Source of the DNA: Mustelus asterias
Lineage: Eukaryota
DNA: 64,000 bases
Direction of reading: 5' to 3'
Assembly (NCBI RefSeq): GCF_964213995.1
Contig: NC_135818.1
Location: 45,694,001 to 45,758,000, forward strand
This document shows positions 23,906-37,165 of the stretch, in pieces. Position numbers and translations under genes: made by a program. A model generated the notes under the pieces. It was not told the DNA's origin, ran no database searches, and saw only the letters and a program-made list of their open reading frames with translations. Each line of letters opens with the position of its first letter. The stretch's first letter is position 1.

Positions 23906-24270
23906 GAGGAGGCAATGACCTAGTGGTATTATCACTAGACTATTAATCCAGAAACTCAGCTAATGTTCTGGGGACCTGGGTTTGAATCTCGCCATGGCAG
24001 AAGGTGGAATTTGAATTCAATTTTTAAAAATCTGGAATTAATCTACAGAAGACCATAAAATCATTGTTGATTGTTGGAAAAACCCATCTGGTTCATTAAT
24101 GTCCTTTCGGGAAGGAAATCTGCTGTCCTTAACTAATCTGGCCTACATGTGACTCCAGAACCACGGCAATGTGGTTGCCTCTCAACTGCCGTCTGAACAA
24201 GGACAACGAGGGATGGGCAATAAATGCTGGTCAGCCAGCAACGTCCATGTTCCACAAATGAATAAAAGGA
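23906..24270 (+). mobile_element. tRNA-derived SINE, second family, with CR1-type tail
   Basis: Tail gggatgggcaataaatgctgg is shared with LINE 3' ends at 6560-6760 and 31340-31765. Confidence 0.75.
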
Positions 24271-27200
24271 ACACAGTATAAACTTTGCTGATAAAACTCT
24301 TGAAAAGGACTTTTTCAAAATAAATTGAAGAAAATGTAGGAATTACTAGATGTTGAAAGAAAAGTTTCTCAGTATAGCTAGCTGAATGGTATTGATGCAT
24401 CTTAGTAAATCAGGCAAATATGTATTATTTAGTATAGCACAGAAACAGACCACCTGGCCCACCAGCTCCACTACATTACTATTTATAGTCACTTGTAGTA
24501 CAAAACTCAAGTATTGCTGAAAAAAGATCTGTTGTCAAAATTTTTTGTTTTGCACTCATCAGGATAGATGTAAGAATGTCAAATTTCAAAAGGAGCAGTA
24601 ATTTATACTGCATGAGAAATTGATGCTGATTGGGTGGCAAGTTAACTTTGGTTGTGTTGTTGCCATGGAGAATGTACCATAGAACGGTTGTTCCTCATGT
24701 TTGTTTAATTCATGAAAGGTACAATGCCTGGACATATTTCTTTTGGCTGCGGAGAACAGGTCTTTGTGCATGAATTTATGTAGCTTCTAGCAAGTATTGT
24801 AGCTGCAGCACATTGTGTACTCGACTGATAATTTTAAATGGATTGTTAGTGAAATTCTTAGCAAACTCAGGATTGATCAGCAAGGGCTGTCCAATTATAG
24901 AACCACATCTCACATTAAACTTCTACATTCTGAGTTTTTCAAGCAGGGGTTGGCTGAGTACAGTCAGCGCATAGCCTATTGCAAACTGCCAACAGGATAT
25001 GATCTGGCATTGTTGGGACATATGGCCATTTGGTAGGCAGAACATCTTTTTGGCTTGACAACAGCATCACAGTACTGGGAAATTCCATATGTGTTGCTAC
25101 TGCATTCTTGAAGGGGCCCAATGGCACTGATGGCTGGTGTGGACAAGATTGGTGTCACCAGCACAGAGTCGAACCATGTTCTATCTGGGGTGTATTCGGG
25201 ACTTGTCTCTGTGGTGAAGGTCACGACACTGTGGGGTTGGTCTTTCCTTCAGGCAGAGAACTTAAGAGCTAAAAACTAGTAAGCAAATTACTGAGATGAG
25301 CTAAGTGAAAACGCCATGATTTCCTACTCTGTTGCAAGAGTACAGGAAAGTTGTAGCTTTCAGGCCTTTGTTAAAAGTAATTACTGTTCGATCACGATAG
25401 AAATCCAAACCTAACAACACAATTCACTGAAGGGCTCTGCTCTGAGCCCATTAATGAAAGCAGATCTTAGCTTTGAAGCCATAAAAGAGCAAATTCACTT
25501 GCCAGGTTGTGTTGTGTTTAGAAAATTGTTTTCTCTCACACTCTACAGTGTGAGACAATTCCTGAGTCACTGCATTTAAATACATTAACAGTATTCCCCA
25601 CATACTGGCAAAATGCAACGTGACATTTACAAATACGGAGCAGCATCAGGACCAATACTATCTCGAAGTTCTGGGGCGGAGGTTGCAATCAGTCACTCGA
25701 ATTTATAATATACGCACAACCATTCAAAAACAAAAGTTAAAAAGGTCACGCATGTCAAAAAGAATGAAAGTGTATTGGTTAGGACAGTGGAAAATGTCAG
25801 AATGGGGAATCTGAGCGACATTTCCAGAATTGTAATAAAATCATATGCTACACAGAAAGGCCTTTCAGCCCCTCATGACAATGCCAGCTCTCTGTAAAAG
25901 CAATCCAATTACACCAACTCCCTTGTTCCTGCCAGTTTCTTTTCCAATTTGCTTTTAAAAATGCTCACAATTCTTCTCCCAAGATTGTCCCTGTACCTGG
26001 TGTGTGCTTTGTCAGCTGAAAATGTGACATTAGGACTGAGAGGAGATTGTTTTTTCACTCTGGGTTGTGAATTATTGTAATTCTTTCCCTCAGAAGGTTG
26101 TGACTGCTCCACCTTTGAATATATTTGGGACTGAGATAAATTGTTCCCCTCGGGAAATTCAGGGATGTGAGGAGAGGGCAGGAAAGTAGAGTTTGAGATG
26201 GTATTGAATAGTGGAGCAGGTTCAATGAACAACATGATTTGTCCCTTTTTCTTATGTTCAACGTTAGTAAATATAATTATTGAAAAAGTGTTGACACTTC
26301 ACTCTTCCTCGTTGATAATAACAAAAATCGTTGATAATTGCAACCAAAAACAAAATTCAGCATTTAATTTCATCAATAAAATGTATTTCTGAATCTTTGG
26401 AAAGTTGTCAATGGTTTTAACAATCCGCATGACCCTCATCTCTTTCGATCGTTCCCTTTAACCGGGATGTCTCTGTGTTGGAATTATTTGGACTGGTTCC
26501 TAACTAAGTGGATGCATTGACCATCGAATTTACCCGTTCCTCGGTGTCTCCTCAAAAGACCCCATCATTTTTCCATGTTTTTAAATTCCCTGACTTTGCC
26601 TGTACATACTCAACAATTTCATAAATTGAGAGGATGCCCTTAATTTTCCGTTCCGAACTGGAACCTGCCTTTTGCTAATTTTCTAGAATGCTGCTTCCGA
26701 GTTTGCTGCTGAACCGGCATTTCCAATTCCACCGTCAAAGCCCCGAAATGCTGCCTCCTGCAGTGATATGAGTTATACCCTAAACAGATATCAATGTGAC
26801 ACAGATGGGCTAGTGGCTGTATATTGGCTGTTGTCACATCAGAAAGACTAAGGACATTGACTGGGAAGGAATCTCAGATTGTTAGCGACCTTTTTAAGTG
26901 GTGTGTTTCACTGCTTATGTTGCTGCTGTGTCACTGAACATGTTTCCATATTTAACCGCTATGTCTTGGTGTTAAAACTATTTGGATTGTTTTTTTAAAC
27001 TAAAAGTGGGTGCGTTTACTATCAAATGTAGCTATTCCCCGGGGTCTACTTTAAAAAAGAGCTCCTCCCCCCCTTCCCCGCCCCAACCCCAGGAACTTGC
27101 CTATGGATGGTGTGCCAGGGTTGCTGTTTGACGCATTACCAACCCCTGTTGCTGTTATTCCAGCCTCACCTCCTGCACTGGAGGTACTGACACTGAATAA

Positions 27201-27958
27201 CACTCACATCAATCCTCCCCATGACTAAATGCTCAATGCTAAAACACCTCCGGAGCCCGGACTGCAACCCAACCAACAACAAAAAGAATCCACCGCAAAA
27301 TACACAATAATACAATCCATCAGCTGCATCCTGGTGCAGTTCCGCTGTAGGTGGGCGGTGTTTACGTCATGACCATGATCATGTGATCCTCAGGTCATGT
27401 GACTGGTCTTTTGTTTTCTCTGTCTCTGGCCACTGGCTGCAGATCGGTGGAGCTCCTGCTACTCATGTAAGTTCACTTATTTTATAGCATGCTCCATTCG
27501 TTCATTCATTAATGTGCGCTCTGCTCAAAGGCAGGGGCTTGCTTCATTGATGCTTCATCCTGGGCTGTTTGCTTGGCAGATTTCTTTTTTGTCAGTGGTG
27601 GTTTGTCCTTACCTTCCACTCTGAGGGGCAGCTCCCAGAATCTAGACTGGGAAACGAGCCCACGCCGGTGCTGTTCTGAATGTCACGCCTAATCAAATGT
27701 TCTTTCTGATGCCACAGGGTTACAGCCGCTGTTTGAAGAGATACCAACCCGTGGGAAATCATGCATAGAAATTGTGCAAGTGATGGGGATGGTGGTGAGA
27801 GGGCTTCCCCCCTGGAGCCTCTGCAGCCCGAGCCAGAACCAGGCACCAGGGCCTGTAACCCGCATTCACCTGCAGCCGTTTCCATCGCCGGTTGTGTATC
27901 GCTGTTAGGAAGGAGCAAGTGATGAATCCTCCACTTTGTGGATGTGTCGTTCAGCCTA

Positions 27959-29266
27959 ATGGATCTTTCCACCGAGATTCCACTGTTATACAACCTCACG
28001 GAAACCAACAGCTCAGACACGCCAGTCACCTCGCCCACTGTGATCAGCAACCAAACTGGGGCAGCTCAGCAGGACCAAGCCAGTGGGCAGCCTCACACAA
28101 ACTCCCTGCTCTATGGCATGGCCATGGCTTCCAAAGCTCTCATCCTCCTGCTGATTTTCCTGTTGTCCTGTCTGGGCAATTCGGCCGTCATTGTGATGAT
28201 CATCAAGCACCGGCAGCTGAGGACAGTGACCAATGCCTTCATCATGTCCCTGTCTCTGTCCGACCTCCTCACTGCCCTGCTGTGTGTGCCCTTCTCCTTC
28301 ATCATGCTCTTCACCCAGGAGGGGATTTGGATCTTTGGCGACCAGTTTTGCATCGCCAATGGCTTCTTCAACTCTTGCTTTGGGATTATCTCCACCCTCA
28401 CCATGACCCTCATCTCTTTTGATCGTTACTATGCAATCGTCAGGCAGCCCCAGGAGAAGATTGGCAGGCGTAGGGCCACCCAGCTGTTGGTTGCTGTCTG
28501 GCTGACTGCAGTCCTGTTCTCTTTCCCCTGGTATCTCATCTCACAAGTCCAGGGTCCACTGATAGTCCACAAGAAGGGGTTCTACCACTGCATGTACATC
28601 TTCCACTCGGGCAGCTCCCGCATGGGCACAAGTTACAGCATCACCCTGATTGTTATCTGCTACCTTCTGCCTTTCTCTTTGATGTGCTTCTGCCACTACA
28701 ACATCTGTAAGACAGTGAGGCTGTCAGAGATTCGGGTGCGTCCAGTCACCACCTACGCCCATCTACTGCGCTTCTACAGTGAGATGAGGACGGCTACAAC
28801 TGTGCTGATCATGATCGTCTTCATCATCTGCTGCTGGGGCCCCTATTGCATAATGGGCATCATCACAGCCACTGGCAACTTCCACTTCACCCCCATCATG
28901 GACACTGTCGCCATCTGGCTGGCTTGGGCCAACGGAGCCCTCAATCCGCTCATCTACGCCACTAGAAACCCGAACATCTCCATGCTCTTGGGCAGGAATA
29001 GGGAAGATGGCTACAGGACTAGAAACATAGCAGCCTACTTGTCCAACCAGAGCCATGAGGCCAGGAGCAGGGTGGACAGGTTAAGGGATCGATATGTCAG
29101 CCGGCAGGGTTCCGGCAGCAGGATGTCTTCCTCCAGCCCGGCAAATGGAGATGTTGCAATGTGGGCCTGTAAAAACCCAGCCGTGCTCTTCTGCAGAGAT
29201 GGACAACCCGACACAGTGTCTGAGCTCATTGTTCCCAAATCACAGACTGCGGACACGAGTCTTTAA
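27959..29266 (+). CDS. GPR135: G protein-coupled receptor 135 (class A orphan GPCR), 435 aa, single coding exon
   Basis: 7TM protein with GN, LSLSD, DRY, CWGP and NPLIY motifs. Characteristic segments [34 protein letters not shown] and [10 protein letters not shown]; synteny with L3HYPDH/JKAMP. First in-frame ATG is at 27959 (the ORF track starts at a GTG). Confidence 0.96.
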   Translation: MDLSTEIPLLYNLTETNSSDTPVTSPTVISNQTGAAQQDQASGQPHTNSLLYGMAMASKALILLLIFLLSCLGNSAVIVMIIKHRQLRTVTNAFIMSLSLSDLLTALLCVPFSFIMLFTQEGIWIFGDQFCIANGFFNSCFGIISTLTMTLISFDRYYAIVRQPQEKIGRRRATQLLVAVWLTAVLFSFPWYLISQVQGPLIVHKKGFYHCMYIFHSGSSRMGTSYSITLIVICYLLPFSLMCFCHYNICKTVRLSEIRVRPVTTYAHLLRFYSEMRTATTVLIMIVFIICCWGPYCIMGIITATGNFHFTPIMDTVAIWLAWANGALNPLIYATRNPNISMLLGRNREDGYRTRNIAAYLSNQSHEARSRVDRLRDRYVSRQGSGSRMSSSSPANGDVAMWACKNPAVLFCRDGQPDTVSELIVPKSQTADTSL

Positions 29267-29834
29267 CTGCTATTCTAACCTGTTAGTGCAGATTATTCAC
29301 AATGGAGAGGTTTAACTTCACAATCTTTCTTGAAAGCACAGGAATTTGTACCAGTTTCTGATGCAAACCTGTTTACGATACGTTATAAACTATATTTGAA
29401 TAAACTGCAATTTCGACTTGAGGTGATATAATCCTCAATAACCAGAGTAAACGTTCCAGTTTCCAACAAAATAATCTGAAGCACCAATGAGAACTCTTTC
29501 AAATCTACCGTATGTATTACAATAATGAGACCTAATTTTAGAACATGTTGTTAATGTTCTGAAGTGCTGAGCACAACTAAATTGCAATTTATACCAACTG
29601 ATAATGGAACATTAATAACAGTCAGAAAATATCCTTTTCCCCAATTCAGTGGACGTCGCATTATTTTTAGTTGTTACATAATTTGTTCTCTCTGATAGTT
29701 TAAAGGACCATACGATATGTCTTTAAGATTCAAGTGCAACAGTTGGTCTGTTTGGCAGTATGAGTCACTGATGCATCCAGAGCACAAAATCCCAGCTTTG
29801 ATTCTCAGTGTTTATTCAATTAAAGAATAAAGGT

Positions 29835-30150
29835 CACATTTATATAGTACCTTAGACAGCACTTCATAACCCAATTAAATCATTTTGAAGGGTAGTCATT
29901 GTTGTACGCATCAGCCCATTTATGAACAGCAAGGCCAGACTAACAACAACACAGCAAATCGACTGGTCATCTAATGTTGGTGGCGCTGGCCGAGTGTTGT
30001 TCAGGACATCAAGGATAATCCTCCTTCAAAGGAGTGCCAGTGGATCCTTCGCATTCACTTGAAGGGGCCTCAGTTTACATTGATCTGAAAGGCAGCACTG
30101 CTGGCCGTGCAGCACTCCCTCTGTCCTGCATTGATGTTTCAGCCTACCTG
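29835..30150 (-). mobile_element. DeuSINE (SacSINE1/AmnSINE1-like), old copy downstream of the GPR135 stop codon
   Basis: Minus strand gggagtgctgcac...ctttcagat...aaactgaggcccc...ggatccactggcact, a Deu-domain-like core. Confidence 0.6.
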
Positions 30151-32199
30151 TGTGTTGATCTTGGCTGAAACGGTAGGTTCACCTAATCTGGCCTCAGCAG
30201 CAGTGGATTAGAAAGCGAGAGGGGGGAAATCAGACACAGCTCTTCATTGCTATCCCTGGAATTCTGCTACACATGTGCAGCTTAGACAAAGATAGGATCA
30301 CAGTCATGATGATCTGCAGACCCTGCCCCCTTCTTCCCCATCCTATAATTTACTGTCGAAACTCACACATAAATAATAACCACCTGGATGAAGTTTCGGA
30401 GGGTGATCACGCCACCTACAGAATGATGAAGCCAACACTTTGAGGGAGAGCAAGCAAAGTTGGTGAAAATATGAAAGAAAATTAATGAGCAAGCCAGTAA
30501 AAGTACCGCAGGCGTCAGTTAACACTATATAACGAAATGTTGAAATGTGCCAGCACTTTGACAACTTTATAAGCAACTATAGAGGGTACACTTACAAATG
30601 TGTCAAAATACCTGTGTCCAAAGTGCTAAAGCAACAGGTGAAATTGTGTTTATTAAAAGAAATTGGTCTGTTGGACATGTATCAACTGAAAATCATGTAA
30701 TTTGAGCTTTATCTGCCAAAATTTAATTGGGAATGCTGGTGCCTAACTCGTCAAACACGCCAGCAGTGATGTCACCGGTTTTTATCAAAGCTTGCGTTAT
30801 ATTTTCGAACAATCCTAATCAGAATACAGTGAACACACAAAAGCTTCTTTACAAAGCCAGTACCTCAGAGTTTATTGTTTCCACATTTTGAAAATGTGGC
30901 CTAACATTTATTGGTTTGAAGTATTGAAACTTTGCAGTATTTTATTCCTCAATTGCCTTTCCAAATGAGGATCATAAAAGGAGCCAACACTTGCCTGTGC
31001 AGCATTTTAAACCTAACATAAATGTGTCCTTCAGGATTTGCTAATGTTTGTGAAAAATATTTTGTAAACAAATGATCTTGTATTTTGTGTATTTTAATGT
31101 TGCTTTATATTCTAAGGAAATGATACAAAATGTATTTTGCTGCATATGTATTGTATGGTGTCAAACCATGGGAGTTATTTGTGTATGCTCGTACCTTCTT
31201 TGTTCTGTTATTATTAAAGTTTAATTTTAAAAATATTTAGTGTTGTCAATGAGTCATCAGGGGAAATGTTGCTATATAGAAATGTACAAAAATATTCAGT
31301 GAAATATATTGACAAAATATATTTCATGGAAGAGAAGGCACCGTGCTTGATTGGCACCTCATCCACCATCCTAAACATTCAGTTCACCACCCTAAATATT
31401 CACTCCCTCCACCATTTATGGGCAGTGGCATCAGTGTGTGTACCATCTACAAGAGGCACCATAGCAACTCACCAAGGCTTCTTCTACAGCACCTTCCAAA
31501 CCTGCAGTTTCTACCACCTCAGAGGACAGGGTTAGTAGATACAGTGGAATCTGCAAAATTCCTCACCAAGTCACTATCCTGACTTTTAACTATATCACCA
31601 TTCCTCCACTGCTACTGGGTCCAAGTCCTGGAACTCTCTCCTTCACAGCACCGCAGTTCAAGATGGTGGTTCATCACCATCTTTCACAGGGGCAATTAGG
31701 GATGGGCAATAAATGCTGGTCTAGCCAGTGATGCCCACAACCCATGAAAGAATGAATTTTTAAAATGCTGGAAATCTGAAATTCAGAACAGAAAACGCTG
31801 CAATGCAGCTCTGCGAGCATGTGTGGCGAGAGAAAAGCAGTTAGTGCGCCAGATCTCCTGATCGGTGGTGAGGCTGTGTGCATCACATGGATCAGGACTT
31901 CCCCAAGGCTCTGGGGTAATGTCAGTGCGTCACTGCTCCCGATACTGGAAGACTTGACCCACAGTTTCAGGTTGATCACCTTTCGAGAGAACCAGTAGTT
32001 TAGTCTTTGAGTAAGTTAAATCAAAAGTCCAAAATAACTTCAGCACCTATCCTAGGCTTCCACCCACTCCTTTTTCTATCAGACCCCCAACTCCAATTTC
32101 TCTCTTATCAGCTCATACGTCAGTAGATAGACAGCTGTCCTCACCTCTGGTGGGCAAATAATACATGTCGACTTGTTGTGTACTCTGGGCTGTTCAATG

Positions 32200-32747
32200 A
32201 ATCATAGAATCCCTACAGTGCAGAAGGAGGCCATTCAGCCCATCATGCCTGCGCCAACAACAATCCCATCCAAGCCCTATGCCCATAACCCCATGCATTT
32301 TCCCTAGCTGGTCCCCCTGACACTAAGGGGCAATTTAGCATGGTCAAATAACCTAACCCGCATATCTTTGGACTGTGGGAGGAAACCAGAACAACCGGAG
32401 GAAACACACATACAAGGGGAGAATGTACAAACTCCACACAGACAGTCACTTAAGGCCGGAATTGAACCCAGGTTCCTGGTGCTGTGAGACAGCAGTGCTA
32501 GCCTTGTGTCTGCATGGGTTTCCTCTGGGTGCTCTGGTTTCCTTCCACAGTCCAAAGATGTGCAAGTTAGGTAGATTGGCCATGCTAAATTGCCCCTTAG
32601 TGTCAGGGGGACTAGCTAGGGCAAATGCATGGGGTTATGGGGAAAGGGCCTGAGTGGGATTGTGGTCGGTGCGGACTCAATGAGCCGAATGGCTTCCTTC
32701 TGCACTATAGGATTCTATGGTAACCATTGTGGCACCCATGCTGCCCC
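32200..32747. mobile_element. Nested HE1 V-SINEs: plus copy (32501-32720) inside the head of a minus copy
   Basis: The minus-copy head breaks at ...cagtgcta| and resumes at |taaccattgtggcacc. Confidence 0.85.
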
Positions 32748-33139
32748 TCTGAAGGTGACACATAGGAAGTGACAAGTGATAACCACAGAAACATTGAGGC
32801 GTAAAAGAGATGGGACAGAAAGGAGAATCACGTAGAAAGATTGACAAAAGATGTGAGGGTCAGTGAGAAAAAGAGATAATTGAATTATAAAATGACAACA
32901 ATGGAGAAACCATTTGAAAAAGGAAGAATTACTTTTTTCTTTTAAAAATTCCTGAGATGATCAACTTGTATAAAATAAATTTAGTGGAGGCAGTTAAAGC
33001 TTGTAAAACAAACCTTGGAATTCACCTCAGCTTTAGTTGTATCGTTTATGATGTGTGTAAATATTCCATGTCTATAATGGTTTTAGTATAGACAAAGTTG
33101 AGCAATTTGGTAAAGTTACAGGACAGCATGGTTACATAA

Positions 33140-33728
33140 TTAGAAATTTATGGCAAAGAAGGAGGCCATTCAGCCCATTATATCTGTGCTAGCAAAACCA
33201 AACCTTTCAGTCTAATCCCACTTTCCAGCTTCTGGTCTGTAACTTTGTAGATTACACTGCTTGAAGAGCGTTTCCTTTATAAAAAGTGATGAGGGTTTCT
33301 GCCTGTACCAGTCTTTTAGGCAGCGAGTTCCAGACACTCCCATCCTCTGAGTGAAAACATTTCTCATCACCTCTCTAATCCTTCTACCATTAGCTTAAAT
33401 TTATGCCTCCTGGTTATTGACACCTCTGATGGAAATATGTCCTTCCTGCCCATTTTATCCCTCATATTTTTATACAACTTTATTAGCCCTCAGCCTCCAC
33501 TGTTCCAAAGGTAACAGCCCCATCCTATCTAAGTTTTTCTTACAGCCAAAAGTCTCCAGGTCAGGCAACATCCTCGTAAATTTCCCTGTATTCTCTCTCC
33601 ACATCTTTTCTATAATGCATTGACCAGAACTGCACACAGTACTCCGTCTGTGGTCTAACTCATGTTTACAGTTCCAGTATAATCCCCTTACTTTTACATT
33701 CAGTGCCTCAGCAAATAAAGACATGTAT
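33140..33728 (-). mobile_element. CR1 fragment
   Basis: KFTRMLPDLE...LEQWRLR. Confidence 0.65.
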
Positions 33729-34089
33729 CCATAGAAACCATAGAACCATAGAAACCCTACAGTGCAGAAAGAGGCCATTTGACCCATCGAGTCTGCACCG
33801 ACCACAATCCCACCCAGGCCCTACCCCCATATCCCTACATATTTACCTGCTAATCCCTCTAACTCTCACATTTACCCACTAATCTATGCATCCCGGGACA
33901 CTAAGGGGCAATTTAGCTTGGCCAATCAACCTAACCCGCACATCTTTGGACTGTGGGAGGAAACCGGAGCACCCGGAGGAAACCCACGCAGACGCGGGGA
34001 GAATGTGCAAACTTCGCACAGACAGTGACCCGAGCCGGGGATCGAACCCAGGTCCCTGGAGCAGTGCTAACCACTATGCTACCGTGCCT
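33729..34089 (-). mobile_element. HE1-type V-SINE
   Basis: Same consensus as the other copies. Confidence 0.9.
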
Positions 34090-34466
34090 TCTTAAGCGCT
34101 TGTCCTTTTAAAGATCAATAGAAACACATTTCGAGGCTCTTCTGTTCCTCAACACTTACATTTTTCTTTAATTGCAACATTTTCTGTTTTTATTTCAGAT
34201 CCCCAGCACCCACAACACTTTGCTTCTGTATTGGGTAATAATGGAAGCAGGCAAAGTTCTCGAAGGGAGGTGGTGATGGAGATTCCCTAACAGTTGATAA
34301 TCTATTACTCATTGGTGTCATTCCAGCTGGGAATTGATGTGAGCAGTCGAAATGCTTTTTTTTCTACACTGCCGACCTGCTCGGAAAATGGTTGCAAAAC
34401 ATGAAAATAAACAAACGATGGACAGAAGAGAGATATTCCTGTTCCATACATTTAGCTACATTTTGC

Positions 34467-34787
34467 TGGGACAGCACAGTGGTTAGCACTGGTGCCTCAC
34501 AGTGCCAGGGACCCGGGTTCAATTCCGGCCTTGGGTCACTGTCTGTGTGGAGTTTGCACATTCTCCCTGTGTCTTCATAGGTTTCCTTCAGTTGTTCCAG
34601 TTTCCTCCCACAGTCCAAAAAGATGTGTGGGTTAGGTGCAGTGGCCATGCTAAACTAAAAAAACCTAGTGTCAGGGGGATTAGCAGGGTAAATAAAAGGG
34701 GTTACGGGAATAGGGCCTGGGTGGGATTGTGTTAGGTGCAGACTTGATGGGCTGAATGGCCTCCTTCTGCACTGTAGGGATTCTATG
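34467..34787 (+). mobile_element. HE1-type V-SINE
   Basis: Same consensus as the other copies. Confidence 0.9.
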
Positions 34788-35864
34788 AAACGTTGCACTT
34801 AAAGATAAACACAGGCACACACATGAAAGGAAGATCATAATTACATTTTAAAAATGGAGTAAAAGAATGAAAACTGAGAAACACCGATGAGAGTTAACAA
34901 TAAATAGTTTTAAACAGATGCAATTTGTTGCAACAATTGATGCCAAAAATATAAGAATCATTGGTTCATGAACAGAAGTGACATGTCCTGTTTCTCAACA
35001 CTGGTTTTGCAGGAGGAGAATTATGCTCGAAATGCATTTTCGTTTTAAAAGAATAAGGTTATTTATTCAGTTAACCCTCTACAAACTTGCTCCTGCATTT
35101 CCTAGCTAAGCCACATGGTGGCAGAATTGTACCACAACACCATCAATACTGCTGTCTCCCCAGAGCCAAAGGAATTAAATAAAGGTCCCGGTATTTTTTG
35201 TACACAATAGTAAATGTAATTTTTTTCTTCTGATGAGCTCTTTGCATTTTTCCAATGCCTGAAAACATTAGTGAGGTTTCCGTATCCTGTTCCCTCCCTC
35301 CACCCCAGCCCCTGCTCCAATAAACCTTGAACTAAATGTCTTCCTCTGCAGCTCTGTGCTTATTGGCAGAAGTACCACAAAAGGCTGCTGCTGTAAGTAA
35401 GACCAACATGCTCTCCCAGAGAGAAAAAAAAATCAGTCGGTCCCATTTGAAATGAATTATTAAAACGTCTTTACAAAAATCTGTAACTGTGAGCACTTTA
35501 TCCATGCTGGATAGAATGAGTGAAAACACATCCCGTTAAGATGAAAGGTAGCCTGCAGCACGCCTGCCTGCAGTCCCAGAAGACATATTGAGGACAGCTG
35601 GTGTGGTAGAGAGAAAAGTCAGGAGTTGTTTCCTGCAGATGAGGATATACAGCAGAGGTGGAGTCTGCTGGAACAATGTGATCTTCCTGAGCTAAGGGAA
35701 GGAAGCAGTTATATTATTGTGGAAATGGACAAAAGTAACAAGAATCCAATCAATTGTTTAACTGCATGGTTCAGGTTAGGCTGTTGCTAACGGTGGCAGT
35801 GTGAATTCTAATTGGTTACAAAGAGCATCAATAAAAGGCTCAATAACGTGCCTAATGCGCTCAA

Positions 35865-36027
35865 AGCTGCGCGGGTTAGGTTGATTGGCCATGCTAAACT
35901 GACCCTAGTTTCAGGGGATTAGCAGGGTAAATATGTGGGGTTACGGAATAGGGCCTGGGTGGGATTGTGGTTGGTGCAGAATCGATGGGCCGAATGGCCT
36001 CCTTCTTCACTGTAGGGATTCTATGAA
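35865..36027 (+). mobile_element. HE1-type V-SINE 3' half
   Basis: Same tail consensus. Confidence 0.8.
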
Positions 36028-36029
36028 TG

Positions 36030-36540
36030 CGCATCTCTGGGCATCTGTGCCGCATCCTCCACATCACATCACATAACACAAAGTTACCAATGAAGCAAAG
36101 GGCAAACATGTCAAGCATGCCAGCGCTAATCGAGCAAAGGCAGCTTCGTTGGCTTAGGCAGCGCACAAGAGGAAACACAGCCACGTCCGCAAAGATAGAC
36201 AATACAGGGAGGTAGCCCGTATCAACAGACCAGGTCACCCAAAGCTGCAATTCAAGGATTCGGTCAATAGAGACATGAAAGCATCTCAACATAAATCAAG
36301 AAAGTTGGGAACAATAATTAACGACTGATGCAAATAGGTACATCAGTTAATCGCCATGACTACATGAAGTTTCGGAAACTCCAAACTAAGGAGATCAGCC
36401 TGCACAAATACACGGAACACCTTCACATGTGGCAGACTGTACCTTTCAGAATCAGCTTGTTCAGCCATTAGAAACCTGCAAGATCCAAAGCTCAGAAGCT
36501 GCATTTCCATCATGTTTCACAGATCGAGGCACGCCCATCT
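36030..36540 (+). mobile_element. RTE-clade LINE fragment
   Basis: HLCRILHI...ANMSSMPALIEQRQLRWL. Confidence 0.6.
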
Positions 36541-37057
36541 CTAAGAGCATCTGGAGATGTTGTGCAGGTAGAACATGTGCGTAGAATTTTATAGCACACG
36601 GCATTGGTCTCCTGAAGGCTGTGCCAGCACTTTGAAAGAACTCTCCAATTAGTTCCACTCCCCTGTTCTTTCCCCGTAGCCCTGCAAATTTTTCCTTTTC
36701 AATATCTGTCCAGTTTCCTTTTGAAGTTACCACTGAATGTGCTTCAAACACGATGCATTTCAGATCATAACTAACTGTGTACACAAATCTCACCGGCCCT
36801 CTGGTTAATTTGCCAATTACTAAACCTATCCTTTGGTTGCCAACCCATCAGTGGAAACAGTTTCTATCCATCAAAATCCCTGGTGCTACTGAGCAGCTCT
36901 GTCAAATCACACCTTTGTCTTAAGCAGAAGATTCCCAGTTTCACTGCATTCTACAGAATTAAAGGACTTGGTCTCTGGCATCATTCTGGTAAGTCTCTGC
37001 TCCCTTTCCAAACCCTTGCCATCCCTCCAAAGTGTGGCGCCTAGAATTGGACACAAT

Positions 37058-37165
37058 GCATGGTGGCACAGTGGTTAGCACTGCTGTCTCACAGCGCCAG
37101 GAACCCGGGTTCGATTCCTGGCTTGGGTCACTGTCTGTGCGGAGTCTGCACACTCTCCCCATGTG
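37058..37165 (+). mobile_element. V-SINE head fragment
   Basis: ggtggcacagtggttagcactgctg...gggttcgattcc. Confidence 0.8.

Noticed and set aside
24520-24570. Additional hammerhead-like CTGATGA motifs (24520-24570 minus, 10766-10800 plus, 31960-31995 minus)
   Set aside because: Core GAAA/CUGA or the stems are mutated or deleted; treated as decayed repeat copies.
24939-25272. Cluster of overlapping 60-80 aa ORFs between L3HYPDH and GPR135
   Set aside because: No recognisable homology or convincing splice context.
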